Below, one piece after another: positions 49,274-60,085 of a DNA stretch of 64,000 nucleotides. The DNA comes from an uncultured delta proteobacterium (lineage in GTDB: Bacteria; Desulfobacterota; Binatia; Bin18), in contig CAVTCR010000005.1 in NCBI GenBank assembly GCA_963733195.1, positions 17,132 through 81,131 of the forward strand. The letters run 5' to 3'. Below the pieces are notes generated by a model, which saw only the letters and a list, made by a program, of their open reading frames with translations, ran no database searches and had not been told where the DNA came from. The position numbers were made by a program, and so were the translations under genes. Numbering within the stretch: the first letter of the stretch is position 1; the number at the start of each line of letters is the position of its first letter.

Positions 49274-49687
49274 GGTTATCGCACCGTCTTTAATCATGAA
49301 GATCGTAGAGAGTGCAAGCCTGCGGAGCAGTAAGCATTGTAATACCCACAACGGAGATATCCTGCGGGCTGATATCAAGATATCCCGCCAGAAGGATAAT
49401 ACAGCGCTGAGACGACAGCGTTCTTTACATTGGACCCCGGGGGCTGATGGCTGGCACAGGTTTGGCGCGCACTGCACCAGCCGTCGTCCGTGAGGCAGGA
49501 CGACGCGTTCTTGAAGAAAGCCTTGCGCTCCTGAAGGGGTAGGCATGGGTAGCGTCGAGCCTCGTGAATTCCCCTAAAAAGGGCAGTTGACTTCCAGTCT
49601 GATCCTAGCCCATAAGAGGCACAAGTGGGGTAGCTGTACGTTGGCGGTAGGTGGGCGCTTACCAGCAACCGGACCAAGAAGGGGAAA

Positions 49688-50596
49688 ATGATGAAAACAA
49701 TCCTGGCAGTGCTTGCAGGATTGCTTGGAACAGGCCTCTTGGCCTACCTCTGTGCCAACGCCAACCGTGACCTGATTCAGCAGGATCTTTCAGATCGAGC
49801 GAAAGAAGCACTTGCCAATAACATAGTGAGTGATCTTCTCGTATCTGCTGACGGTCGGGAACTGACGTTACAAGGTATCGTCCCAAACCAAGAAGCAAAA
49901 CTCGAAGCTGCTAAAGCAGTAAGCAAGCTCTACGGAGTACATACCGTAACCAATTTGCTGGAGGTGCATGCAGCGAGCGTTCCCCCTGTGTCACCTGCTG
50001 TGACCGGAGCAGCAGTACCAGCCACAGAGCCTGAGGTGCAACAACCGAGAGTGTCATCACCAGAAACACCGAAGGTCAAAGAAACAGCTACTCCGCCACC
50101 TCCCACTGTGAAAGTAAAACCCACGACGCCTAAAGTTCCGGCGAAGCGAGAAGCCCTTGCTTCCCTTTCTCATTCCCAAGAAACGACGGCGTCGCCTTCC
50201 CGGTGTCAGGACGCGCTTGCTGCTACGCTTGGCCGGAGGCAGATCCACTTTGAGTCCAAAAAAGCGGTTATACGTCCTGTGAGTTATCCTGTGCTCGACC
50301 GTCTGGCAGAAGCAGCAAAAAACTGCCCGGCTAGGAGTATCGAGATTAGCGGTCATACCGATCAACGTGAAAGCCCGCGGAGGAATATGGTGCTGAGTAA
50401 GAACCGCGCACAAGTAGTTATTGACTACCTGGTCAAAAAAGGCGTTCCCGCGAAACGCCTCACTGCTGTTGGTTATGGTCCCACCAAACCTGTCGCGCCC
50501 AATGTGACTGCGGCAGACATGCAGAGGAATAGACGCGTCGAGTTCACCCTCAAAGGCGTGGGCAAAGATTCGGAAAAGAAAGCTCTCCAGCGGTAA
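49688..50596 (+). CDS. BON + Pro-rich linker + OmpA-like peptidoglycan-binding protein (ArfA-like)
   Basis: N-terminal TM, DGRELTLQG..GVHTVTNLL, IEISGHTD, LSKNRA, GYG..NRRVEF. Confidence 0.88.
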   Translation: MMKTILAVLAGLLGTGLLAYLCANANRDLIQQDLSDRAKEALANNIVSDLLVSADGRELTLQGIVPNQEAKLEAAKAVSKLYGVHTVTNLLEVHAASVPPVSPAVTGAAVPATEPEVQQPRVSSPETPKVKETATPPPPTVKVKPTTPKVPAKREALASLSHSQETTASPSRCQDALAATLGRRQIHFESKKAVIRPVSYPVLDRLAEAAKNCPARSIEISGHTDQRESPRRNMVLSKNRAQVVIDYLVKKGVPAKRLTAVGYGPTKPVAPNVTAADMQRNRRVEFTLKGVGKDSEKKALQR

Positions 50597-50612
50597 AGAA
50601 AGGAAGGATGCC

Positions 50613-52058
50613 GTGTTCTATTTGATTCAACACATGTGGCTGTACCTTCTGCTGGCCGCCATTTTGGGAGCGTTTCTCATGTGGCTGCTGCGACATTGGG
50701 TGATGCGAGACGAGGTCGCTGAGGTGCAAGCAGCCTGGCAATCGCGGTGGAACAGTCTTGAGAATGAACATCTCCGTGTCTCGAAAGAGCTGCAGTCTGC
50801 TTCAGCGAGAGCGGTGTTGGTGCCCGGACTTGAGGCCGACCTTGAGAATCTCCAGGCGAACTACCAAACGCTCACTGATCAACATGCGGCATTAGATACA
50901 GACTGGAAGAAAAAATATGGGGCACTGGAGATTGACTGGCGTGGACGATTGGCGGCGGCGGAAAAAGGGATGGCTGACCTGCGTATGCAGTTGAATACGA
51001 GTGCGCAAGAGCGTGAGACGTTGAAGGCGGACCTTGAGGCGTGTTCGCAGAAGTACACGGCCCTCGAACATGAGAGTCTGCAAGCACGAGTGCAGATTGA
51101 CGATTGGGCACGACGGTTTGCGGGCGTCGAGAAGGACGCCAACGAAGCGAAAACACAGATTGTGACTCTGATCAATGAACGAGATCGCCTGCGCGATGAC
51201 GCTCGTGCGGCATTGGTGCGGAGCCAAGCTGAGGACCAAGCGTGGCAGCAGCGACTGACGGCGACCGAGCAAGAGCGGGATAATTTCAAAGCAGAGATCG
51301 CGAAAATAACAGCAAGTGAGTCAGAGTGGCACAAGAAATGGCAAGAAGTTGAGGGCAAACACGCCGATGCACAACAACAGGTTGCTGCGCTCACGACCCG
51401 TCTGGCGGTGATTGAGGCACTCGAAACCGAAAGAGGAAAGCTGCAAACCGAGGTGACTGACTGGTCAATCAAACATGCCGCCGTGCGTATGGAAGCTGAC
51501 GGGTATGCTGCTCAGGTCCGGCAACTGACAGACCGAGTTTCGGCAGTCGAAGCTGACCAGAAGAGCCGTTACGACAATCTTAATGCTGACTGGAAGGCCA
51601 AATGGGCTGCGCTTGAAGCACGGTACAAAGTGGCAGAAGAGCGTCTCGGTGGTGATATTGAGCGGATCGAAGGGATAGGGGCTGCTTTCGGCCAACGGCT
51701 CCGCTCTATTGGCATTGCCTGGGTGATTGATCTGCTCGACCAGTGCGGCACGGCGGACGGACGAGCAGCGGTGGCAGAGAAGACCGGGTTCACTACTGCT
51801 CAACTGTTGACATGGACGAACATAGCAGACCTGCTGCGCATTCCAGGAGTGACGCCGGATTGGGCAGAACTCCTCAATGCGGCTGGTATCGACAGTGTGA
51901 AAGAACTCAAACAGCGCGTACCGGAGAATTTGCAGCAGAAAATGGAAGAGGTAAACGTTACCGCAGAGCGAAAAATCTCCCCAACAGTACCCAATGTTGT
52001 GACTGTCAACGGGTGGGTACAACATGCGAAGACGATGAAGTATCGGATTACGCATTGA
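50613..52058 (+). CDS. Membrane-anchored coiled-coil protein with C-terminal DUF4332 (HhH-like) domain
   Basis: N-terminal TM, long heptad region, IERIEGIG..LRSIGI, ADLLRIPGV..AELLNAAGIDSVKEL. Confidence 0.83.
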   Translation: MFYLIQHMWLYLLLAAILGAFLMWLLRHWVMRDEVAEVQAAWQSRWNSLENEHLRVSKELQSASARAVLVPGLEADLENLQANYQTLTDQHAALDTDWKKKYGALEIDWRGRLAAAEKGMADLRMQLNTSAQERETLKADLEACSQKYTALEHESLQARVQIDDWARRFAGVEKDANEAKTQIVTLINERDRLRDDARAALVRSQAEDQAWQQRLTATEQERDNFKAEIAKITASESEWHKKWQEVEGKHADAQQQVAALTTRLAVIEALETERGKLQTEVTDWSIKHAAVRMEADGYAAQVRQLTDRVSAVEADQKSRYDNLNADWKAKWAALEARYKVAEERLGGDIERIEGIGAAFGQRLRSIGIAWVIDLLDQCGTADGRAAVAEKTGFTTAQLLTWTNIADLLRIPGVTPDWAELLNAAGIDSVKELKQRVPENLQQKMEEVNVTAERKISPTVPNVVTVNGWVQHAKTMKYRITH

Positions 52059-52185
52059 CCAATTGTCTGTGGGTCCTGTCCTTCTGAGTCCATTTGGGCC
52101 CATCGTCTCCGCTCATGCTGAGCGTAGGCACGTAGCACGTGCCACTTTCTCGGCGCGCTGTGTCCACCACCTTACCTTTCTATCG

Positions 52186-53019
52186 TCAAGGAAAAATCGC
52201 GTTGATCACTTCATCAATCGCGCGCTGCGAATCGACATCATCAGTCAAGGAGCGGGAGACGGCAACAGCACAGGCGCGACGAGCCGGTACGCCGCGATGG
52301 ATCAGCTGGCCGGCGTAAATCAATAATCGCGTACTCACTCCTTCTTCTAAGCCACTGGCTTTCAAATAGCGGACCTTTTCCCCAAGGCGCGCGAGATCAA
52401 GCGAGATGTCAATATTGAGGCCGCTTTCGTGCGCAATAACCTGTGCCTCTTTATCGCGAGGAGGGTAAGTAAATTCAATCGTAACAAACCGTTGACGAGT
52501 TGAGTGCTTCAGGTCCTTCAGGATGCTTTGGTAGCCAGGGTTGTACGAGATGACTAACAAGAAGTCGGGGTGCGCTTCGAGAATCTCGCCTTTCTTGTCG
52601 ATGGGGAGAATGCGTCGGTGATCGGTCAGGGGATGGATCAACACGATGGTGTCTTTGCGCGCTTCGACCACTTCGTCGAGATAACACACCGAGCCGATAC
52701 GTGCGGCTTGCGTGAGCGGCCCATCGATCCAGACTGTGTCGTCGCCTTTAATCAGATAACGACCAACAAGATCACTTCCAGTGAGATCTTCGTGGCACGC
52801 GACGGTAATGATGTTACCTGGGACTGTTTCTTTTGCTGTTTTACCCTTCTCTGTGCTGATCGTATGGGCCATGTACTCGACAAAGCGAGTCTTGCCACAT
52901 CCGGTCGGGCCTTTGAGCAGCACCGGTAGGCGACACGCGTAGGCCGCGCGGAAAATGTCGATTTCGTCACTAATGGATAAGTAATAGGGGGTTTCAGTGG
53001 CACTCGGTGTTTGACTCAT
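52186..53019 (-). CDS. CbbQ/NirQ/NorQ family MoxR AAA+ ATPase
   Basis: [49 protein letters not shown]. Confidence 0.93.
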   Translation of the reverse strand: MSQTPSATETPYYLSISDEIDIFRAAYACRLPVLLKGPTGCGKTRFVEYMAHTISTEKGKTAKETVPGNIITVACHEDLTGSDLVGRYLIKGDDTVWIDGPLTQAARIGSVCYLDEVVEARKDTIVLIHPLTDHRRILPIDKKGEILEAHPDFLLVISYNPGYQSILKDLKHSTRQRFVTIEFTYPPRDKEAQVIAHESGLNIDISLDLARLGEKVRYLKASGLEEGVSTRLLIYAGQLIHRGVPARRACAVAVSRSLTDDVDSQRAIDEVINAIFP

Positions 53020-54215
53020 GAGTTCAACGTCTCCATCACTTGTTGAGAGTCCAGATCGATCAACTCGACCTTAGCGGCACTGCTCACTCCAGCAGCTTCC
53101 TTCGCTTCAAGGATCTTGGTTTGGAGCCTACCTACGAGCCCGGCGCGCACCTGAGGCGGCATTCCTGACATTGGGAAATTCTGTAATAGCACCCGGGCTT
53201 CAGTTGGCGATGACCATTCGATGCGGTTAATACGCTCTCCCATAATGTTTGCCCCGCGCAGGACCTGTTCAACAGCTTGCTGGAACGGGGACAATGATGG
53301 ATCAACTTGTACCTGAGCAACTTGAGATGGAGGTGCCGTTGTTGGAGGTGCTTGAGCGACCGATGGTGATACTGGAATGCTGATCTGAGTAAGGAACTGG
53401 TCAATGCGGTCGCGCACGGCTTGGTCTGTCGTCAGACTTTTCGCTTTATTAAGCGCCTCTAGCGATTTGCCTTTTTCGCCTTTTTCGTTATACGCCACTC
53501 CGAGATTGAAATACGCCTGAAAAAATCCGGGGTCCTTAGCGATCACAGCTTGATACTCACCGATCGCTTGATCGAAATTGTTGCTATAGAGATACATCGT
53601 GCCGAGATCCGTGCGCACCCCGGAATCGTCAGGCTTCTGGGTGAGGTAACGTTTGTAATACTCAACTGCTTTCGCGTGCTCCTCGAAGTCATAGTAGATG
53701 TTGCCGATTCCCTTTAAGGCGTCGAGGTCGTTCGGGGCAAGTTCGAGCACATGCTTAAACGATTCGAGCGCGGCACTGCGATAACTCGCTTCGATCTGCG
53801 ATGCGCGGAACTGCATCTCTGCCAGTGACTTCCAGACGCCAACGTCTTGCGGCTTTTCTTTTGCCTGGTTGGCGAACTCAGTGATTCGTTTGCGAACCTC
53901 CTCTGGGAGTGTAACCGGAGGATGGTTTTGCGGGAGTTCCTGGCCTCCACCGGTAGCAGGACCGTCAGCTGAAGCACCGACCGTCGGAAACGGTTGTGTG
54001 CGTAGCACAGCGAACCATAATCCAGTACCTATCAGCAAATACGACGCCAGCACCGTGAGTCCAGGAAGCTGAGTACGCCACGAGGCAGAAGTGTGAGGGG
54101 TGTTTTGGGCTGGTGTCTTTTTGCCGGAGCCAGGGAGAGCCGTACCGCATGATGCACAGAACCGTGCATCAGGAACGGTTTTTGTTCCACATTGCGAACA
54201 AAAGCGTGCACTCAT
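53016..54215 (-). CDS. Zinc-ribbon + TM + TPR protein
   Basis: CSQCG..FCASCG, TM helix, LPQNHPP, several TPRs; ATGA overlap with the ATPase gene. Confidence 0.85.
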   Translation of the reverse strand: MSARFCSQCGTKTVPDARFCASCGTALPGSGKKTPAQNTPHTSASWRTQLPGLTVLASYLLIGTGLWFAVLRTQPFPTVGASADGPATGGGQELPQNHPPVTLPEEVRKRITEFANQAKEKPQDVGVWKSLAEMQFRASQIEASYRSAALESFKHVLELAPNDLDALKGIGNIYYDFEEHAKAVEYYKRYLTQKPDDSGVRTDLGTMYLYSNNFDQAIGEYQAVIAKDPGFFQAYFNLGVAYNEKGEKGKSLEALNKAKSLTTDQAVRDRIDQFLTQISIPVSPSVAQAPPTTAPPSQVAQVQVDPSLSPFQQAVEQVLRGANIMGERINRIEWSSPTEARVLLQNFPMSGMPPQVRAGLVGRLQTKILEAKEAAGVSSAAKVELIDLDSQQVMETLNS

Positions 54216-54374
54216 GGCGAAATACCTAGCAGCAATCCGACAGAGGGGCTAGGTCGGTCCATGAGTAACGAGAATGAGGACTGAGTAAAATCAGTGCTGA
54301 GTTGCCGGATAGTGGGCTTCAGGTGTCGTTGTGGCTTGCAATTATGTCCTGCACAACAATGAAATGAAACACTC

Positions 54375-54520
54375 TCCGCTCACCCTGAGCGTAGCCACTG
54401 GGCGGCGAAGTCGAAGGGCGCTGTGCCCGAGGGCTTCGACTTCACTCCGTGTAGTTTATCCTGAGCTTGTCGAAGCCGTGCTGCCTGAGCCACGTCGAAG
54501 GGGGCTCAGCCCGAGCGGGA
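54375..54520. repeat. Compound REP-like cluster (CTGAGC..GTCGAAG family)
   Basis: Nested CCTGAGCTTGTCGAAG, CTTCGAC and GCTCAGCCCGAGCGG units. Confidence 0.75.
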
Positions 54521-54693
54521 ACCGGAGGCTGCGATTGTACTGCACCCAAGCGAGAAGCGCTATTGGTAAACAGCAAGCATCGGAGCCTCCCTACCCTACA
54601 GCCTTTAGCCTCTAGCCTACAGTCTCTCTTCCCGTTGACACTGTTGAAGTGAGGTGGTTAGTTGCTCCCGGTTGGTCAGCCTGGAGGGTTGCT

Positions 54694-55920
54694 ATGGCAA
54701 AAAGAGATACAGCGCGTGAGTCACAATTGGCCGAAGGGAAAAAACTCCTGGACCAATGGGGTTTGAGTCTTGCCGGCTTGCAGTCTCAAAACCTCAGCTT
54801 GGCGGCACTGACTGAACGCGTAGGGCAACATCCAGCAGCAGATTTGGCATTGGCGGCCCTACTTGGTGATTATCCGACGAAAGAGGCGGCGCAAACACTC
54901 GTGTCGTGGGAGGAGAAAATCACCGATAAAAACGCACGCCGTGAAATCCATCGTTCCCTATATAAATTGTCACAAAAAGATATCCAGCCAGAGCGTGCAG
55001 TGGAAAAAGCGCCCGCTCGACCCATTCTCGCGCCTGTTGAGCCCGAAGGTTATGTGTCGCCGATTGATGGTCGTGGAGACCGTTTGGTGTGGCTACTGAA
55101 ATTAAAGACGGGTGGCGGGCTGCACTATCTAGCAGCAGTGATTAACGAGCCCGACGGCATGCAACACATCGAAGGTGCAGAAATCACCCGCAAAGGCTTC
55201 CGCACGATGCGCGAGGACATTGGCACGCGATTCGGCTTTACGATGATTGAAGTACCGTGGCGCTACTGCGATTTCCTTATGCACGAAGGTTACGAACGGG
55301 TGAAAGGTCGTGGCATGACTTCTGTTGAGCCGTATCCTGCCTACCGTTCACATCTGTTATCGACTCCAGCCCAGCCCGCTGAATTACCACTACCGTCAAG
55401 TATCGAACCAGAAGCGGTAGCAAATGATAAGGAACTGCTTGCGACTTCGGTGCAGCTGTTCCAAGAACCGGAAATACAACGCTGGTTCCTTGATCATGAA
55501 CGTGCACATCATTACACCGATCAGATTGCCCAGGCCCAAGAGAGCCCGCTCATTCTCAATCGCTATCAACAGCAAGATCGTTTGCAGACGGTGATCGAAA
55601 AAGCGATTGGAGAGATTTTTTCTGGGGTTCAAGGCGGCGCTTATGCACGACGGCTAGAAGAGACCGCTGTGTATTTTGCTGCGACTGACCGGCTTGATGC
55701 TGCCAAGCGTGCCCTCGCTGTTGCGCTGGCCATGAAACAGCAGGACTATAGTGGTAAAGGCATTCCCTTTTGCGAAGAACTCGTCCGCCAAAGCCTGGCT
55801 ATGCACTTTCACGAAGAGAAGCAGCACGAGCAAGAGCAATCGCAAGGTTCGCTGATTATGAAGCCCGCAGAATTCGCTGCGCGGGTGCAGGCGCAACGAC
55901 AGCGCCAGGGGATGCGGTAG
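54694..55920 (+). CDS. Hypothetical helical protein
   Basis: Long ORF, GGAGG RBS before the ATG at 54694; no recognisable motif. Confidence 0.75.
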   Translation: MAKRDTARESQLAEGKKLLDQWGLSLAGLQSQNLSLAALTERVGQHPAADLALAALLGDYPTKEAAQTLVSWEEKITDKNARREIHRSLYKLSQKDIQPERAVEKAPARPILAPVEPEGYVSPIDGRGDRLVWLLKLKTGGGLHYLAAVINEPDGMQHIEGAEITRKGFRTMREDIGTRFGFTMIEVPWRYCDFLMHEGYERVKGRGMTSVEPYPAYRSHLLSTPAQPAELPLPSSIEPEAVANDKELLATSVQLFQEPEIQRWFLDHERAHHYTDQIAQAQESPLILNRYQQQDRLQTVIEKAIGEIFSGVQGGAYARRLEETAVYFAATDRLDAAKRALAVALAMKQQDYSGKGIPFCEELVRQSLAMHFHEEKQHEQEQSQGSLIMKPAEFAARVQAQRQRQGMR

Positions 55921-56046
55921 AAAAGTTGTCAACAGTCCGTAAAAAAGGCAGCCGAGTCCCTTGGGTTACTAGTGCATTTCTGGTATCTCCTTCCCTAACT
56001 AAGAACTGATAACCGGCAACTGGCCACTGAAGAGAAGGAGACATGC

Positions 56047-57309
56047 ATGAGTGTAAAACCGATCATCCAACTCTATCCAGTCGTCCCGGCGAATGGGAAT
56101 GAACGGGAGACGATGCGCCCGATCGGACGCAACAGTGAGCGCTACCAGAAGATCATTCGCGACTGGGCGATGTTGGCACAGGCGGCTGATCAGCTAGGCT
56201 ACTGGGGATTCAGCACCATTGAGCATCACTTTCATTCAGAAGGCTACGAGGTTGGTCCGAACCCTGGCGTGTTGAATGCCTGGTGGGCAAACATGACGCG
56301 AAACCTGCACTTGGGTGCGCTTGGGTACGTCATGAGTACACAAAACCCAGTGCGCGTCGCCGAAGAATGCGCGATTCTCGATCACATTCTCCAGGGTCGG
56401 TTCTTTGCCGGGTTTGCTCGCGGCTATCAAGCACGCTGGGCGAACATTATCGGTCAGCACTATAACTCAAAGGCAACACTGTCTGATGGATCGGCGGACG
56501 ACGAGTTGAACCGTCAGATCTTTGAAGAACAAATGGACATTGTCCTCAAGTGCTGGACGCAAGATGCAGTCACCTATAACGGTAAGTTCTTCAAGATTCC
56601 TTACCCCTATGAAACCGGCGTACAAGGGTATCCTGCCTACGAACTTGCACGCAAGAGTGGAGTGAATGGCGAGATCGGCGCCAACAACGAAGTACGGACA
56701 ATCAGTGTCGTACCGGCACCGTATCAGAAGCCACATCCGCCGGTATTTGTCGCTACCAGTTCCAGCAAAGAATCTGCAGTCTATTGCGGCAAGAACGGAT
56801 TTGTGCCGGTCTATTTCTCACCGATCGACAAAGCAGTTGAGCATGGTATGGCGTGTTGGGAAGCAGCCAAAGCTGCAGGCCACAACATCCGCTACGGTGA
56901 GCGCCAAGCCTTAGTGCGTTGGATCCACGTGACCGATTCGTATGAAGCGTACCGGCAAGCGATCGCTAAGTACGATGTGGATATTTATGTTGATTTCTAC
57001 TCTAAGTTCTTTAAGGACTTTGACACGACCAAGATGCTAGCTGACCCGGTACAGTCTGTGATTAACTGCGGACTTTATGTTGGCGGCACAGCAGAAGATG
57101 TTCGTGAGCAGTTGCAGAGTCAGCTTGATCGTTTTCCAGTAGAGTACCTCGTGCTGATCTGGCATTGGGCGCAGCAACCCACGCATGATGTGTTGCGTGA
57201 GATGGAGCGGTTTGCACAAGATGTGCTACCGAAGCTCGATAACTCGGGCAAGAAAGTACAAATCAAAGTGGTGACTGGTGCCCAAGGACAGGCCACGTTG
57301 AACAAATAG
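56047..57309 (+). CDS. LLM class flavin-dependent monooxygenase
   Basis: EHHFHSEG, NPVRVAEE..LDH, GFARGYQ, PYQKPHPPVF. Confidence 0.9.
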   Translation: MSVKPIIQLYPVVPANGNERETMRPIGRNSERYQKIIRDWAMLAQAADQLGYWGFSTIEHHFHSEGYEVGPNPGVLNAWWANMTRNLHLGALGYVMSTQNPVRVAEECAILDHILQGRFFAGFARGYQARWANIIGQHYNSKATLSDGSADDELNRQIFEEQMDIVLKCWTQDAVTYNGKFFKIPYPYETGVQGYPAYELARKSGVNGEIGANNEVRTISVVPAPYQKPHPPVFVATSSSKESAVYCGKNGFVPVYFSPIDKAVEHGMACWEAAKAAGHNIRYGERQALVRWIHVTDSYEAYRQAIAKYDVDIYVDFYSKFFKDFDTTKMLADPVQSVINCGLYVGGTAEDVREQLQSQLDRFPVEYLVLIWHWAQQPTHDVLREMERFAQDVLPKLDNSGKKVQIKVVTGAQGQATLNK

Positions 57310-57365
57310 GGTTTGGGGATCAGGGGTCGGGGGTTGGTACTAATCCCCGGCCCCCAGCCCCCAAA
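57308..57365. repeat. Inverted heptamer repeats (GGGGRTY / RYCCCC)
   Basis: GGGTTTGGGGATCAGGGGTCGGGGGTTGG..ATCCCCGGCCCCCAGCCCCCAA. Confidence 0.7.
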
Positions 57366-57379
57366 GTCTGGAGGGAGTT

Positions 57380-57649
57380 ATGTCACGCCCTTCACCTGAA
57401 CGTATCACTCCCATGTCATGCCTCAACTCTGGCACAGTCATCGCCTGCCCGGAATGTGGTATGGGGCTATACATGTTGATTAAGAAGGTCACGCGCGACG
57501 GCACGTTTGAGGGTTCAGTGAAAGCGCTCGTCGGCGTGCCGGAATACGCTCGCGGTTCTCTGCCCAAAAAATGCCCACACTGCAAAACTGGTGAGTGGTG
57601 GTATCCACCGGGGACTGTGTACACATTGCAGCACGGATGGGTAGCGTAA
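57380..57649 (+). CDS. Small CxxC/CxxC zinc-finger-like protein
   Basis: CPECG and CPHCK; GGAGG RBS. Confidence 0.65.
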   Translation: MSRPSPERITPMSCLNSGTVIACPECGMGLYMLIKKVTRDGTFEGSVKALVGVPEYARGSLPKKCPHCKTGEWWYPPGTVYTLQHGWVA

Positions 57650-57691
57650 TTCCCAGCTGATGGTTCCGTCTCTTTCGTGAAAGGGGCCCCT

Positions 57692-58054
57692 ATGGTCATT
57701 ACAGGCTTCCACGCCCACGTCTATTTTGATCCGCCAACGCGTGAGGCTGCACTGCAAGTACGTGACGGATTAGCCGAACGCTTCGATGTGGAGCTGGGAC
57801 GCATCCACGAAAAACCTCTCGGCCCACATCCGAAATCGATGTATCAAGTGAAGTTCGCGCCGAGTGAATTCGGCGTGCTGGTGCCCTGGCTTATGACTCA
57901 TCACCAAGGTTTAGATGTGCTTATTCACCCTGAGACCGGTGACGATGTTGCTGATCATACAGCTAACGCGCTGTGGCTCGGTGAAAAGCTTGGTCTGAAC
58001 ATTGAATTTTTGCGAAAGTTTGCTGCAAAGGCACAAGGAGGAAAAGCGGCATGA
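57692..58054 (+). CDS. DOPA 4,5-dioxygenase family protein
   Basis: FHAHVYF, GPHP, VLIHP, DH..WLG. Confidence 0.9.
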   Translation: MVITGFHAHVYFDPPTREAALQVRDGLAERFDVELGRIHEKPLGPHPKSMYQVKFAPSEFGVLVPWLMTHHQGLDVLIHPETGDDVADHTANALWLGEKLGLNIEFLRKFAAKAQGGKAA

Positions 58055-58912
58055 GGCGAACATTCAGTTGGTGGCGATTGTCTATCGTTGGCATTGCTAG
58101 GTGTACTAGGAGTGACATTTTCTCTTGCCCGGGCCGACCACCACGAGAAGAAGAACGGTTCCGCTGGCGCTCTGTCAGCGATCGTTGCAGGAGCGCATCG
58201 CAGCGAGGCGGACAAAGCTCGCGATAAATATCGGCATCCGCTCGAAACTCTCACCTGGTTGGGGATCAAGGACAATATGACCGTGGTTGAAGTGTGGCCG
58301 GGACGTGGTGGATGGTACACCGATATTCTTGCACCGTTTCTCAAGGAACGAGGGACCTATTACGCGGCTGGTGTTGATCCACAGTCGAGCGTTGAGGGCC
58401 AGCGCACCGCAGCGAAGAGCTTCAAAGATAAACTGGCTGCCAATCCTGCTCTATTCGGCAACGTCAAGGAGTCGATCTTAGCGCCACCAACACATGTGGA
58501 CATTGGGCCGGAAGGATCGGCTGATATGGTCTTCACTTTCCGCAATGTCCACAACTGGATGGGAAATGAGCAAGCCGAGGCAGCGTTCAAAGCGATGTTT
58601 CGTGCCTTGAAGCCAGGGGGTATTCTTGGCGTTGTCGAGCATCGTGGGAATCCCGCAGTGCCACAAGATCCCAAAGCCGCATCCGGGTATGTACGAGAAG
58701 ATGTGGTGATCAAGTTTGCTGAAGATGCAGGATTCAAACTTGCTGACAAGTCAGAAATCAACGCGAATCCGAAAGACACGAAAGACTACCCACAAGGGGT
58801 GTGGACACTACCGCCTGTTCTACGGTTGAAGGATGTAGATAAAGAAAAGTACCTCGCCATCGGTGAGAGCGATCGTATGACGTTGAAGTTTGTCAAACCG
58901 GCGGCGAAGTAA
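58051..58912 (+). CDS. Secreted class I SAM methyltransferase-like protein; probable indel in the signal peptide
   Basis: RDKYRHPLETL, VEVWPGRGGWYT, TFRNVHNW, GVWTLPP, IGESDRMTLKF. The ATG at 58051 is out of frame with ORF 58088. Confidence 0.85.
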
Positions 58913-59071
58913 AAGAAGAAAATGTAATTGGGCTGATCGTGTTGCGTGAAATGTGTTACGTGTTGCGAGACTATCTGTGTCCTTTTGTCCCATTCTATGC
59001 ACCACGCATTACGTATCACGCTCCATACACCAGGTTTCTTTGTGAATAAACCACATGAAGGAGGAAGTACT

Positions 59072-59970
59072 ATGGCAAGTCCACAACTACAGATGGCCCT
59101 TGATGCGTTCAAGATGATGGGAGAGAAAATGGCGCAGGCAGGGAATGACCTCAAAGCTCTACGCGCCGTCATGGAAGATGTCTCTGCCTTTCCCTCAGCG
59201 GGAGAAACAAAGTGTACACCGGTGAATGCCGGTGGTGTTCCGGCTGAGTGGATCGCCGGTCCTGGCGCTGCGGATGATCGAGTGATCCTGTACCTGCATG
59301 GTGGCGGCTATGTAATGGGCTCTATTGCTACACATCGTGAGACGGTTGCGCGTTTGTCGAAAGCTTCAGGTGCGCGTGGTTTGGTACTCGATTACCGCCT
59401 CGCCCCAGAACATCCATTTCCTGCTGCGGTCGATGATGCAACGGCAGCGTATCGTTGGTTGTTGGCGCAAAACATTAAACCTGCCCACATTGTCGTTGCT
59501 GGCGACTCTGCTGGCGGAGGGTTGACTTTAGCTACTCTAGTGGCGTTACGAGATGCGAAGGTTCCTCTCCCGGCAGCAGGCGTGTGCATTTCACCGTGGG
59601 CGGACATGGAAGGAATGGGGGAATCGATGACGACCAGAGCGAAGGCCGATCCAGTCGTGCAAAAACAAGGACTGCTTGGCATGGCCCAGCTCTACCTCGG
59701 TGGCAAAGATCCGAAGTCACCTCTGGCGGCGCCGATTACATGCCGATCTCACCGGACTCCCGCCGCTGCTTGATTCAAGTGGGCGATGCAGAAACGTTGC
59801 TCGACGACTCCACTCGTGTGGCTGAAAAAGCCAAGAAAGCGGGCGTCAAAGTCGATCTAGAAGTCTGGCCAGAGATGCCGCACGTGTGGCATCTGTTTGC
59901 GCCGTTCCTGCCGGAAGGTCAGCAGGCGATCGATAAGATCGGCAAGTACGTGCGGCAGATCACCGCGTAA
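59072..59970 (+). CDS. HSL-family esterase (alpha/beta hydrolase_3); indels at ~59735 and ~59771
   Basis: HGGG, DYRLAPE, GDSAGG, QVGDAETLLDD, MPHVW. Confidence 0.9.
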
Positions 59971-60085
59971 AAATTGAGGCAGGGCGAAAAGGGGAAATAA
60001 CGAAACGGGAGATTACAGATTCTTTCCAAGCATTTTTATCCATTTCCCCGTTTGACCTCTTCCCCTTTTACCCCTTTCCCCGCTT

